From Planctomycetota bacterium (GTDB taxonomy: Bacteria; Planctomycetota; SZUA-567; H5-PLA8): a stretch of 64,000 nt of DNA. Position 1 is the first letter of the stretch, and every line of letters starts with the position of its first letter. The translations under genes were made by a program, and so were the position numbers. Of this stretch, positions 47,117 through 57,184 are shown one piece after another. Where the stretch lies: contig JBBRPR010000022.1 of NCBI GenBank assembly GCA_038227875.1, positions 66,067 to 130,066 of the forward strand. Direction: 5' to 3'. The notes under the pieces were generated by a model that was not told the DNA's origin, searched no databases, and saw only the letters and a list, made by a program, of their open reading frames with translations.

Positions 47117-47368
47117 ATGGGTTCCAAAAACAGGCGCTCCAAAGATGAATCGTTCGGCCCAGGCACGTTAAACCGGCGCGCACCGGACGGGTCGAAGCTT
47201 TATCTGACCGTCGAAGAGACGGCGATGCACTTCAACGTGGCCAAGTCGACGGTGCTCAATTGGATTAAAGTCGGCGTCGTCCCCAGCTACAGCCTGAAGG
47301 GCCGTGTCTACTTCAACAAGAATGAAGTCGCCGCTTACTGGCAGATGTTCAATCCCGAACGCCGCTAG
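47117..47368 (+). CDS. Excisionase/BldC-like helix-turn-helix DNA-binding protein (HTH_17-like)
   Basis: YLTVEETAMHFNVAKSTVLNWIKVGVVP..KGRVYF. Confidence 0.8.
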   Translation: MGSKNRRSKDESFGPGTLNRRAPDGSKLYLTVEETAMHFNVAKSTVLNWIKVGVVPSYSLKGRVYFNKNEVAAYWQMFNPERR

Positions 47369-47555
47369 TTTTTTGCGCCATCATTTTTTCGATTGGCACC
47401 CATACCGATCCCGTCATCCAAACTATAGAAGGTAGAACCGCGCCGTGGGGGACAGTGCGGGTTGCGCACACGTGCTCGACATTTCGCGCGCGCCGCCCGA
47501 GTTCCGGTTCAGTTGCTGCGGTTCGGGTTTATGCTGCTCTTTCGGAGACTTCCTC

Positions 47556-50500
47556 ATGCTGCGCCGCTCCGGTCTGATTTTCGGTACGGTCCTGCTGGCA
47601 TTGCTGGCTCGCGCAGCGGCGGAAGAAGAGTTCGCGTTCCGCGTCAAATACCTCCGCACGGTCAATCTCGATAACACCACCATCATCGCCACCAAAGTCG
47701 ACCACGCGCCGAAGTTCGACGGCACGCTCAACGATCCGCTCTGGAAGACCGCCGGACAGACGCAGTCTGCCTTCGTCAATTTTCCGTCGAAAGAACTCTG
47801 CGGACGGCAAACGGTTACCTTCTGCTGCTACGACAATGAGAATCTCTATTTCGGCTTCGACTGCGAGGAACCGGAACTCGACCAGCAGCAGATCGACAAC
47901 GGCAATATTCCCGCGGCCGATCACGTCGGCGTGCATCTGGAAGTCGGAGACACCCGCGGACGCGGCGTGCGCTGCAACATCATTGGCAACCGCAGTGGCT
48001 GCAATTATGGAGGACCGTGGCGCGAACAGAAAATTCAATACGAATGCAAGGCCGGACCCAACCGCTGGTTTGTGCTGATGGGTATTCCCTTCAAGTCGCT
48101 GCAGGGCACCGACGGCCCGCCGCTGCGCGGCGAAGTCTGGGGCGTGAAGTTCACGCGCTACGGGAAGAACTCCGAGACCGGCGCGTCGCGCATGCGTTCG
48201 TGCTGGCCGTTCATTCCGACGATCTCTGAAGACGTCGTCTCCTACAACGCCTCACTTTGCTTCGGTGCCAACAACATGCTCGACAACGGCGCTCTCAGCG
48301 GAAACGGCAAGGAGATTGCCGGTTGGACCGCGAACGGCAGCGTTGACGCCACGGCCAAATCTCTGAACGCCGAAGCCGGCGCGACATTGCAGCAGAACCT
48401 GTCCTTACGCGCGGGCATGCATTACTGCGTCGAATGGACCGCCGCGCCGGAATTTAAAGGCGACGTCACAGCGCTGTGCGGCGGCAAGACGCTGATGGCG
48501 AAGGACCTCGCCAAAGGACAGCGCATCGACTTTCAGCTCCCCAAGGAGACCAAGGATCTGGAGCTCGCCGTGAAGCTCCAGGGCCACGGCGCGCCACCAC
48601 AGCTACGCCTGACTCCGGTGATCGACGACGTCCCGGCAGATTGGATCTGCCTGACCAACAACGACTGGGTTCCCGAACGCAATTTGAAGAACAAGATTCC
48701 CGCCGCGCCCGACGGCGTCTACACCTACCTCAAGACGCCGATGCGCGATTTTGGACGCGCCTACTACACCGCACGCGGCTGCCCGGATCCGGCCGCCAAA
48801 GAACTGCCGTATGAATGGATGGTCCTCGGGCGTCCGACTCGCAAGCCGCTGGCCGCTCCACCGCCGCGTCCGGATATCGGCGAAGAGGAGTTCGAGAATT
48901 TTCCGTACGAGGTCATCTACCAGGACAACGGCGTGCCGGAATTCTGCGGACTACCGTCAGGAAGCTTCGACGCCGGCGGAATGCAGGGCTGGATTCCGTT
49001 CTCGAAAGGCAGCCTCACCGGTGACCCCTCCTGGGCCGGCTGGCCGGTCGATCGCTGGGCTCAGGTTGCACCCCACGACGTCGTCTTCGACTTCAAAGAC
49101 AAATACTTCATCCGGCGCATCGACATCCAGCAGATCAACTCCGGCGTGCGCAATCTTGAAATTTTCGTGCGCGACAACAACCCCAAGGAGAGCTTCGCCA
49201 CCGTCTACCGCTTCAACGGGCCGGGCACCGAACGCAGCAACCACACGATTATCCCTGTGTATTTCAGTCAGAGCGGACTGGATTCCGTTGCGCAGCAACT
49301 GCGTTTGTCGATGGCCGTCGACGGTCCGTACGGCGCGGGGGCGGCGGTCAGCTCACCGAACCTGGGCCGCGTCAATTGCCAGGTCGGACTCTACGGGCTG
49401 GCCGAAGTGTGGATCTGGGCCGAACCGAAGGGCAATCACGCGGACAATGAAATCAAGGAATTCAAAGCCTTCATTCCCAACGCGCAGCCGCCGCTCAAAT
49501 TCGATCAGCTCCATAAAATCAACGAGCCGGTGCTCTGGCCGCGCCCCAAAGAACTGGTGAAAGGCGAAGGCCGCTTCGAAATCAAACCCACCACCACGCT
49601 GCTCTGCGCCAAAAACGGGCGACTGCCGGATGTGGCTCAACTGCTGCTCGACGACGTGAAAGATCGCTTCCTGACGTCGCTCCAGACAAAAACTCCGGCG
49701 GAGGCTTCGGGCGGAGAAAACGCGATCGCCATCGGAGTCGTCGGAACCGATCCGGCCTTCGACGCGCTGTGCGTGAAGGCCGGCATCGCCACCGCGATCG
49801 ATTCTGGCGAGCCCCAGAGCTTTACGCTCAAGGTCACGCCAACGCAGACGCTCATCGCCGCCGCCGACGCCGAAGGCGCAGCGCATGGCGTACGTACGCT
49901 GCTGCAATGGATCGAGCACGACGAGACCACGCCGTTCCTGCGCGCCGTCACGATTCACGATTGGCCGCTCTTAAAATACCGCACAATTGTCCCGTCATCC
50001 GATCACCGCCAGCCGCTGCTGCCGGTCGTGAAGAATCCGTGGAACTATTTCTCCATCGTCAATGCGGTCTCCTACTTCCGCTTCAACTCGATGATCGACT
50101 GGCTGCCCACGGAGCTCTACCAGAACAGCGAAGAGAAAACGCGTGAGCTGCTTCACTACAGTTCGCGGCGCTTCACGGATATCCGCCCAGCGCTCTGGCT
50201 CCGCAGCGTTCCCGGCGATTGCATCGAAGCCAATCCCGACGATCAACCCGACGGCCAGGGCGGCATTGCCAATTCCGACGGCACGTGGGAAAGCGACAAT
50301 CTCTGCCCCTCAAATCCCAAGTCGTACCTCGCGCTGGAACAGTTTCTCGACACGGCCCTGCGCACCCACGACACCGGGCGCTTCGTGGAAGTCGGCTACA
50401 TGGGTTCGCTGGGCAAGGCGTGGAATGTCTGCCGCCTCTGCCGCAAGCGCGGACTTTCCGGCTACGATCTTTACGCCGACTTTCTCAACAAGATCAACTC

Positions 50501-52160
50501 CATCTGCCGCGAACGAAATCGCACCGGTATCTTTACGAATGCGATCATGTTTTCCGAAGCCGTCCAGCGCGCCAGTGCGGCGCGGAATCCGGCCGAGGCG
50601 TTCGACTCCGTTAACCGCGGCATCGCCGTACGCTTCGACCGGCCGACCAATACCGGCGACATCATGAAGTCCGGCTTCTGGACGATCTCAAAACCATGGG
50701 ACACGCCGCAGGCCGCCGCCAATGGCGCCGGTTATGCGTGGGGCGGCAAGGCCTACTTCGACAAAGTTAGTGACGGAACCGGTTCAGAAGGTGTGCTCTG
50801 CGCCGGCGAACGCTGCGATTACGACTGGTACTGGCGCGGCGAGCTCGGCGGCCGCGTGATGCTGACGGCCGATGCCTTCTGGAACGGCCCCGCGCCGGAA
50901 GGCGCCAAGCGACCGGAGTTCGACCAGCAGGCCGCCAATGCGTGCGTGCGCTTCAACGAACGCGTCGGCTCGCACATCGAATACCCGTCCTGGCGCACAG
51001 GCATGACGCCGAAATTTTTTCAGCTCGATATCAAAGCGCTGTGCAACCGCAGCCATATCGACGAAGGCTCCGCCTCCGGCATGGGACGCTCCGGCCCTAA
51101 GGAAGGTGTCAACGGTTTCGGCGCAGCGTTCGACTTCCGGCGCGTTCCCATGGGTGCGCAAACGTTCGCGGACGTACCGTTTGAGGTCATCGATCCGGCG
51201 CAGAACAAATGGAAGTCGATGATCGTCGTCGGAACAGGCGTGAAAGAAGCGCTGATCCCCGGCGCTGTCAGCAGCGTCAGCATTCCCGTGGGACGCAAGG
51301 CCGCGAGTATGTGCGTGCTGCGCGCCAATCTGCGCACCGTTGCGCGCTCTGGACAGATGGAGCACTACTTCAACATCCTGCAGCCCGCTTATGTCTTTGA
51401 ATACAGCGACGGTTCGCGCTGCGTCTGTGACTGGGAGATCCGGCGCAATTTCAACGACATTGTGCCACAGACATTCTACTACGGCGGAGGAGTGGGCGGA
51501 TCGGTGCTCAGTTTCCTGCTGCCCACCACGCGGATCGCGTACGCTACGAACACCATTTCCGGAGCCGGCGCGAATCTGTTCCTGTCAGAAATCGTCAATC
51601 CGTATCCAGAGAAGGACGTGCGCAACTTGGTTGTCCAGTTGCCGAACCCGGAGCACCGCGACTACACGTTCGAATTTCACGACGCGATCTTCGCCGTCAC
51701 CGGCGTCGAGCCGGTCGAATGGGACGTGAAATTCTGGAAGGAACATTCCAAGCCGCTGCTCCCGCCCAACCCGGCGCTGCCCGCGGACGCGAAGAAGATC
51801 GAAGGCCTGAAGTTCAACGACAACGGCAAACTACCCGTGCGCGTCTTCGAATCTCCGGCACCCAAGCCACTGCAACTGCAGGCCATGAAGTCCCGCCTGG
51901 CGATGCCGCCGGGCTATAACGGCAACGCCATGTGTGTGCGCAGCCGCCACGCCGACGTCATCGTCTCCGTGACCGCCGACGGCAAGACCTGGACCGAAGC
52001 CGCGAAGCTTCCCGCGTGCACCGGAATGGACGGCGAACACACGCTCGTCTTCCCGCCGGTGCAAGCCGCCGCGATCCGTCTGACGCTGGATTGCACGCCG
52101 TACACGGAAGAGGACAACGCGGACATTAGTTTTGTCGCGTGTGAGTTGTTTGAGAAATAG
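47556..52160 (+). CDS. Large secreted modular protein: CBM9-like, discoidin-like, GH20 domain 2 and GH20-like barrel
   Basis: Signal peptide; APKFDGTLNDPLW...YDNENLYFGF (CBM9-like); LWPRPKEL...PQSFTL...HGVRTLLQ...IHDWP..KYR (GH20 domain 2); LCPSNP. ATG at 47556. Confidence 0.75.
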   Translation: MLRRSGLIFGTVLLALLARAAAEEEFAFRVKYLRTVNLDNTTIIATKVDHAPKFDGTLNDPLWKTAGQTQSAFVNFPSKELCGRQTVTFCCYDNENLYFGFDCEEPELDQQQIDNGNIPAADHVGVHLEVGDTRGRGVRCNIIGNRSGCNYGGPWREQKIQYECKAGPNRWFVLMGIPFKSLQGTDGPPLRGEVWGVKFTRYGKNSETGASRMRSCWPFIPTISEDVVSYNASLCFGANNMLDNGALSGNGKEIAGWTANGSVDATAKSLNAEAGATLQQNLSLRAGMHYCVEWTAAPEFKGDVTALCGGKTLMAKDLAKGQRIDFQLPKETKDLELAVKLQGHGAPPQLRLTPVIDDVPADWICLTNNDWVPERNLKNKIPAAPDGVYTYLKTPMRDFGRAYYTARGCPDPAAKELPYEWMVLGRPTRKPLAAPPPRPDIGEEEFENFPYEVIYQDNGVPEFCGLPSGSFDAGGMQGWIPFSKGSLTGDPSWAGWPVDRWAQVAPHDVVFDFKDKYFIRRIDIQQINSGVRNLEIFVRDNNPKESFATVYRFNGPGTERSNHTIIPVYFSQSGLDSVAQQLRLSMAVDGPYGAGAAVSSPNLGRVNCQVGLYGLAEVWIWAEPKGNHADNEIKEFKAFIPNAQPPLKFDQLHKINEPVLWPRPKELVKGEGRFEIKPTTTLLCAKNGRLPDVAQLLLDDVKDRFLTSLQTKTPAEASGGENAIAIGVVGTDPAFDALCVKAGIATAIDSGEPQSFTLKVTPTQTLIAAADAEGAAHGVRTLLQWIEHDETTPFLRAVTIHDWPLLKYRTIVPSSDHRQPLLPVVKNPWNYFSIVNAVSYFRFNSMIDWLPTELYQNSEEKTRELLHYSSRRFTDIRPALWLRSVPGDCIEANPDDQPDGQGGIANSDGTWESDNLCPSNPKSYLALEQFLDTALRTHDTGRFVEVGYMGSLGKAWNVCRLCRKRGLSGYDLYADFLNKINSICRERNRTGIFTNAIMFSEAVQRASAARNPAEAFDSVNRGIAVRFDRPTNTGDIMKSGFWTISKPWDTPQAAANGAGYAWGGKAYFDKVSDGTGSEGVLCAGERCDYDWYWRGELGGRVMLTADAFWNGPAPEGAKRPEFDQQAANACVRFNERVGSHIEYPSWRTGMTPKFFQLDIKALCNRSHIDEGSASGMGRSGPKEGVNGFGAAFDFRRVPMGAQTFADVPFEVIDPAQNKWKSMIVVGTGVKEALIPGAVSSVSIPVGRKAASMCVLRANLRTVARSGQMEHYFNILQPAYVFEYSDGSRCVCDWEIRRNFNDIVPQTFYYGGGVGGSVLSFLLPTTRIAYATNTISGAGANLFLSEIVNPYPEKDVRNLVVQLPNPEHRDYTFEFHDAIFAVTGVEPVEWDVKFWKEHSKPLLPPNPALPADAKKIEGLKFNDNGKLPVRVFESPAPKPLQLQAMKSRLAMPPGYNGNAMCVRSRHADVIVSVTADGKTWTEAAKLPACTGMDGEHTLVFPPVQAAAIRLTLDCTPYTEEDNADISFVACELFEK

Positions 52161-52182
52161 GACGAGGACTGAGGACGACGAA

Positions 52183-52215
52183 AAGAAACTCGCCGCATGG
52201 AGCGGCGAGTTTCTT
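52183..52215. terminator. Bidirectional rho-independent terminator
   Basis: AAGAAACTCGCCGC-atgga-GCGGCGAGTTTCTT between convergent genes. Confidence 0.8.
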
Positions 52216-52237
52216 GAATTGTGGACAGTCTCGCCGA

Positions 52238-53131
52238 TTACGCCTTCAACTTCGCCATGATCTCGCCAATCTGGCGCTCCGCATTCTCGGCGCTGAGCTG
52301 CGCGGTGCCGGCGCCTTTGTGGCCACCGCCGCCGTAGGTGCTCAGCAGCTTGCCGATATTCACTTTGCACGTGCGGTTGAAAATGCTGTGGCCGACGGCG
52401 ATCACGACGGCGCCTTGATGCCCGTTGAACAATCGCGCTTCGACGTTGGCCTTCGGGAAGAGCGAGAAGACCAGGAAGCGGTTACCCACCGGCTTCTCTT
52501 TCAGGCCGCGAAAATCGGTGACGATCACGTTGCCGTCTTCCTTGCAGCATTTGCTCAGCAGCGCGTTGAATTCATTCTGCTCGTTCAACACCCGCTGCGA
52601 GCGCTTGTCGACTTCCGGATGCTTCATCACCTTTTCAAGCGACACTTCCTTGATGTATTCCGCCAGCCAGCGGAAGTATTTCTGGAACTCCGGCCCCAAC
52701 CCCGAACGCGGGTCGAGCGTCAAGCCGAGGAGAATCCAGCCTTCCGGACTTTTCACGTCCTCCATCGTCAACTGGGCGCTGTCGAGGCGGTCGGTGGCTT
52801 CGAGCAGTTCGGCGAACTTCGCGAATTTGGTCGTGTGGTATTGCGGGTAGTGATTGTAAATCACCCGGGCGCAACTCGGCGCGACTTCAAAGCGGCCGTT
52901 CATGCCGGCGATGGTCGTAACTTTTTCTTCTTCTGAGATGTGGTGGTCGAACCACAGCCCGCAACCTTTGATGTACGGCAGATTGACGACGATGTCGTCC
53001 TTGTCCGCCGCGACTTTGCCGTCCTGAGCGTCCTTGGGGTGAACGAGTTTCACTTCCCGGATCTCGGTCACTTCCGTCAACAGCACCGTGCTCGCCAGCC
53101 CGTCAAAATCACCCCGCGTGATGATGCGCAT
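52238..53131 (-). CDS. DHH/DHHA1 phosphoesterase (nanoRNase / PggH-like)
   Basis: TRGDFDG, VHPKD.QDG, NLPY, FDHH and GGGGH. ATG at 53131. Confidence 0.85.
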   Translation of the reverse strand: MRIITRGDFDGLASTVLLTEVTEIREVKLVHPKDAQDGKVAADKDDIVVNLPYIKGCGLWFDHHISEEEKVTTIAGMNGRFEVAPSCARVIYNHYPQYHTTKFAKFAELLEATDRLDSAQLTMEDVKSPEGWILLGLTLDPRSGLGPEFQKYFRWLAEYIKEVSLEKVMKHPEVDKRSQRVLNEQNEFNALLSKCCKEDGNVIVTDFRGLKEKPVGNRFLVFSLFPKANVEARLFNGHQGAVVIAVGHSIFNRTCKVNIGKLLSTYGGGGHKGAGTAQLSAENAERQIGEIMAKLKA

Positions 53132-53223
53132 GAAGCAGACTCCTCGCGAAAGTCCAAACTCCAGAGGTACTACTGAATCGTTAACCGTTGCAAGGTAAGT
53201 CTTTCGAGCTCCAAGGTCAACGT

Positions 53224-54387
53224 TTAAGTGGGCGTCGGTTTCACTTGGGACTTGCGCGAAATCATGAAAGCGATGGGAATTCCGATGCCCACGATCAGCA
53301 GCAGCGCGCCGATCAGCGGGCGATAGACCACCCACGCGACGGCCACCGTGACCATCCACACCGGAATCGCGCAGACCAGTGAGGCCAGAAACGCGCCGGC
53401 ACCCACGATCGAACCGATGAACGGCACCACGTCGGCAACGGTGACCAGCGGCGAAAGCATCATGCCGAAGCCGATCCAGATCACCACGAACCCGACGCCG
53501 CGGATGATCCAGGTGATGTTGGCGTTTTCTTCTTCGGCCTGCTTGAACATGGCCTCGGCGCTGAGCGTGCCCGCCTGCGCCAGCAGCACTTCGCCGGTCT
53601 GCGCCGGGTACGATTCGAACGTGCCATGTCCCTGCTTCGCCACGACGCTCAGGGGACCGGCAGGCAAAGTGGAGTACGCGACGCGGAGGTCTCCGATCGC
53701 CGGAGATGCCGGGTCGCCGAAATAAATCTTCTCCTGCGTGATGATCGGTTTCTTTTTAGCGAAGTCCAGGCTTCCGGCCGTTTCCAGTGCCGCCTCGGGG
53801 GGCGTCAGCGTTTTGTCCATGGGCAGCTGACTGAGCACGACGTCGTTCAAGGTGAACGCACCGAGCGTCGCGTCTTCGGCATTCCAGCTCTGGCTGCCCA
53901 CCGGGAATTCGCCGGGATTGGCGTGGCCTGATTGTTTGAAACCCGCCGACTTGATCACCTCATCGCTCCACACTTTTTCGTAGGTGTAGGTTGTCGTCCG
54001 TTCTTCGCTGCCGCCGAGATTGTTGTGCTTCTCGGTCTTCTCGCGCTGCTTCCATTGATACATTTCGACTTTTCGGCTCAGCCGCAGCGCACCCGGTGCT
54101 TCGACGCCGAACTTGGCATCGTTCAGGCCGTCTTTCGACGCGCCATTTCCGGAGACGTGAATCAACTTGCCTTCGTTGCTTGAATCGACTTCCTTGGAAT
54201 CAACGGAGACGACGTTGGCCTTGCCTTCCGCCAGGGCCTGCGCGCGATGCACGGCCCGGCCTTCGCCCCAGAAAAGCACGACGGCGCTGATAACGATCAG
54301 CAGGAATCCGATGGCCACGCCCTTGATCGATTCGACCAGCCGCGAGAAAAATCCGACACGCGTGGTTTCAGAAAACATGTCCGCCAT
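53224..54387 (-). CDS. TMEM43-family membrane protein
   Basis: LFWGEGRAV, NEGKLIH, L.RKVEMYQW, IGDLRV and three C-terminal TMs. Confidence 0.85.
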   Translation of the reverse strand: MADMFSETTRVGFFSRLVESIKGVAIGFLLIVISAVVLFWGEGRAVHRAQALAEGKANVVSVDSKEVDSSNEGKLIHVSGNGASKDGLNDAKFGVEAPGALRLSRKVEMYQWKQREKTEKHNNLGGSEERTTTYTYEKVWSDEVIKSAGFKQSGHANPGEFPVGSQSWNAEDATLGAFTLNDVVLSQLPMDKTLTPPEAALETAGSLDFAKKKPIITQEKIYFGDPASPAIGDLRVAYSTLPAGPLSVVAKQGHGTFESYPAQTGEVLLAQAGTLSAEAMFKQAEEENANITWIIRGVGFVVIWIGFGMMLSPLVTVADVVPFIGSIVGAGAFLASLVCAIPVWMVTVAVAWVVYRPLIGALLLIVGIGIPIAFMISRKSQVKPTPT

Positions 54388-54541
54388 GAGATCCACCTCG
54401 AAAAATATGAAAACAGTGAATGGAAGTAATGGAATGGATGATAGCGGTTTTGAAATTGCAGTGGCAATCTAAAAATGGCGGGGATCGAGCGGCACAGAAA
54501 ATAGTTTCAGAGCTTAAAGATTCCGTCCAGAATTGTGCGGC

Positions 54542-54736
54542 TTACTGCCATTCGATCTTGTTCTTCTGAATCTTGGGCATCGCCGAGAGGCGCTTGAAAA
54601 TCTGGTCGCGTTCGCGGACTTCGGGGAGCGGCGCGCGTTTTACCAGTTTCCGGCGGACCGGTTTCGCGATCGCAACCGGAGCCGGAACCGGCGTGGGCGC
54701 GATCTGTATTTTAAAGAGCTTTCCGATCCATTCCAT
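54542..54736 (-). CDS. Small basic hypothetical protein (64 aa)
   Basis: GGAGG RBS well spaced from the ATG; sits alone in an intergenic gap. Confidence 0.5.
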   Translation of the reverse strand: MEWIGKLFKIQIAPTPVPAPVAIAKPVRRKLVKRAPLPEVRERDQIFKRLSAMPKIQKNKIEWQ

Positions 54737-55134
54737 GACAGTCCTCCCACAGTCTGTGCGCGATCTACCGCGCTCAGGCCTTATTTAGACTCTGCTAATT
54801 CGTTTGGGGTTCAGTTATTCTGTTCGAAACTCTCTACACCTTGATATACACCGCTGGAAGAATCCAGTTGCGCGAAATCTTAAATTTCAGCGCGTTGTGA
54901 ATTCCATTTCCAGCAGATGGATCGGACGTATCTTCCGAGATTCACCGAATTTTCAGCTTCTCGACATTGAAAATCTGTTCCCACATCTGCGTATGACGCC
55001 CGCGACTTCTCTCCGCGAGTACCAAGTCAACTACCTGTACTCACGGCAGTTATGGCATTCTCTTTGAATCACGGGGATGGCACGGAACGTGGTCTATTCT
55101 CGATTGGAGCACGCTGTTGTTGGAGAACGCAAAA

Positions 55135-55311
55135 ATGTTTACGGGACTACTTCTACTCCTCCTCCTCTTGATCGCAGTGGCGTACCTGGTCTCCATCCCG
55201 CGTCGCTCGCCCGAAGACTATATGAAACGCCGCTGGGGCAACACGCCGCACGAGCGCGCGCTGGACAACCCGGCGCTGGACAAGGCGCGTCAGGAAAAAA
55301 ACGACGCTTGA
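55135..55311 (+). CDS. Small single-TM hypothetical protein
   Basis: GGAG RBS, Leu-rich TM; immediately precedes the ABC permease. Confidence 0.5.
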   Translation: MFTGLLLLLLLLIAVAYLVSIPRRSPEDYMKRRWGNTPHERALDNPALDKARQEKNDA

Positions 55312-55326
55312 TGGGAGTTTCTCGAC

Positions 55327-56451
55327 ATGCTCTTCGTTGCCCTGCGCATGCTGATCGGAGACACAACCAAGTACCTGGCACTCTGCTTTGGCCTGGCGTT
55401 CTCCGTCACACTGATTACACAACAAGGTTCTGTCGTGACCGGAATGTTGCGGCGCACGGCGTCAAGCGTTGAGAACGTACCGCAGGCCGACATCTGGGTG
55501 ATGCATCCCTCAACGCGCTACTACGATGAGCGCCGCGCGATCAGCACGAACTCGATCAACCGCGTCCGCGGCGTCGAAGGCGTGCTGTGGGCGGAGATGC
55601 TCTACACCGGCGGCGGCTCGGCCATGCTGCCCAATGGCACCTTCGCGAATGTTCAGATCATCGGCGTCGACCGCGTCTCCAAGATCGGATTGCCCAACTT
55701 TTTCTCCTCAGGCAACCCGAACTCCATTGATCCGGTTGACACGATTCTTTGGGACGACGGCGGCTCGAAGGCGTACAGCAGCGTCAAGCTCGGCGACGTG
55801 CTGGAGATCAACGACCACCGTGCCAAGGTCGCGGGACTGGTGAGTGCGCCGCGCCGCTTTTCCAGCAGCGCGACGATTTATACGACGTTCGACCGTGCGA
55901 TTCAGTACGCGCCCAGCCAGCGCAACATGCTCTCGTTTGTAATCGCCAAAGTTCAGCCCGGCTTCAAGGCCGCGGATGTCGCGGCGGCCATCCAGAAGCA
56001 GACCGGACTCGGCGCCTACACCGCCGACGACTTCTATTGGAAAACCGTTGAGTTCTACCTCCGGAACACCGCCATCCCCGTCAATTTTGGCGTGACCATG
56101 TTTCTCGGAATCATCGTCGGCGTGGCGATCGCCGGACAGACGTTCTACTCCTTCACCGTCGAGAACACGCGCCATTTTGGCGCGCTGAAGGCGATGGGTG
56201 CGAGCAACTGGACGCTGATCAAGATGGTGCTGCTGCAGGCCGCGGTCGTCGGCACCATCGGCTGGGGCCTGGGAGCCGGCGCGGCGGCGGTCTTCGGCAT
56301 GAACATCACGCCGCGCTCCACAATCGGCTACATGCTCACACCGCATCTGCTCGCCTTTACCTTCGCCGTAATGTCGATGACGGTGCTGATGGCCGCGCTG
56401 GTCAGCATCCGGCGTGTCATGAAAGTCGAGGCCGCCATTGTCTTCCGCTAA
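55327..56451 (+). CDS. ABC exporter permease (DevC/FtsX-like)
   Basis: ADIWVM, IIGVD, QTFYSFTVEN.RHFGALKAMGA. Confidence 0.9.
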   Translation: MLFVALRMLIGDTTKYLALCFGLAFSVTLITQQGSVVTGMLRRTASSVENVPQADIWVMHPSTRYYDERRAISTNSINRVRGVEGVLWAEMLYTGGGSAMLPNGTFANVQIIGVDRVSKIGLPNFFSSGNPNSIDPVDTILWDDGGSKAYSSVKLGDVLEINDHRAKVAGLVSAPRRFSSSATIYTTFDRAIQYAPSQRNMLSFVIAKVQPGFKAADVAAAIQKQTGLGAYTADDFYWKTVEFYLRNTAIPVNFGVTMFLGIIVGVAIAGQTFYSFTVENTRHFGALKAMGASNWTLIKMVLLQAAVVGTIGWGLGAGAAAVFGMNITPRSTIGYMLTPHLLAFTFAVMSMTVLMAALVSIRRVMKVEAAIVFR

Positions 56452-56463
56452 ACGGAGCCGGTT

Positions 56464-57171
56464 ATGAAATCCGAGATCGCGATTCATCTGGAAGGCGTGA
56501 CCAAGTCGTTCGGCCGCGGCCAGACGCGCGTCGACGTGCTCCGCGGCATCGATCTCGATGCGTACTTTGGCGAAATTCTGCTGCTCGTCGGGCCGTCCGG
56601 CTGCGGCAAGACCACGCTGCTAAGCGTCCTCTCCGGTCTGCTCGACACGGAGCTTGGCCAGATCATCGCCTTCGGTTCGCACATCGAAAAAATGTCGGAC
56701 AGCGAAAAGACCACATTTCGCCGCGAAAATGTCGGCTTCGTCTTTCAGCAGTTCAACCTCATTCCCACGCTCTCCGCCGCCGAAAACGCGGCCGTGCCCC
56801 TTTTCATACAGGGCATCGGTGTTTCCACCGCCAAGAAGCGTGCGGAAGAATTGCTCGAACAAGTCGGCCTGGGCCACCGTTCCCACGCCTATCCCAGCGA
56901 ATTGTCCGGCGGCGAGCAGCAGCGTGTCGCCATTGCGCGATCGTTGATTTCCAATCCGCGCCTCTTGATCTGCGACGAACCCACAGCCGCCCTCGACGGC
57001 GACACCGGCTACAAAGTCATGGAAGTGCTGCGCGAATCGGCCGTGCGGCCCGACCGCTGCGTGATCGTGGTTACTCATGATTCTCGCGTCCTTACATTCG
57101 GCGACCGCATCGCGCACATGCTGGATGGAAAAATTCAATCCGTGGAAGTCCCTGAACACGCAGCAGGTTGA
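56464..57171 (+). CDS. ABC ATP-binding protein (DevA/LolD-like)
   Basis: [25 protein letters not shown] and VTHD. Confidence 0.93.
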   Translation: MKSEIAIHLEGVTKSFGRGQTRVDVLRGIDLDAYFGEILLLVGPSGCGKTTLLSVLSGLLDTELGQIIAFGSHIEKMSDSEKTTFRRENVGFVFQQFNLIPTLSAAENAAVPLFIQGIGVSTAKKRAEELLEQVGLGHRSHAYPSELSGGEQQRVAIARSLISNPRLLICDEPTAALDGDTGYKVMEVLRESAVRPDRCVIVVTHDSRVLTFGDRIAHMLDGKIQSVEVPEHAAG

Positions 57172-57184
57172 AGGAGTACCCGTC

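Noticed and set aside
47117..47368. Prophage or ICE boundary marked by an excisionase
   Set aside because: No integrase, tRNA, att repeat or phage genes nearby.
52160..52181. GACGAG-type short tandem repeat after the GH20-like gene
   Set aside because: Only three or four degenerate hexamers; too short to support a call.
55053..55092. Extra sigma54-like motifs (55053 TGGCATT..TTGA, 55078 TGGCACG..GTGG; also 21913 and 58464)
   Set aside because: The -12 GC is missing or, for 58464, the motif is too close to the start codon and part of a hairpin.
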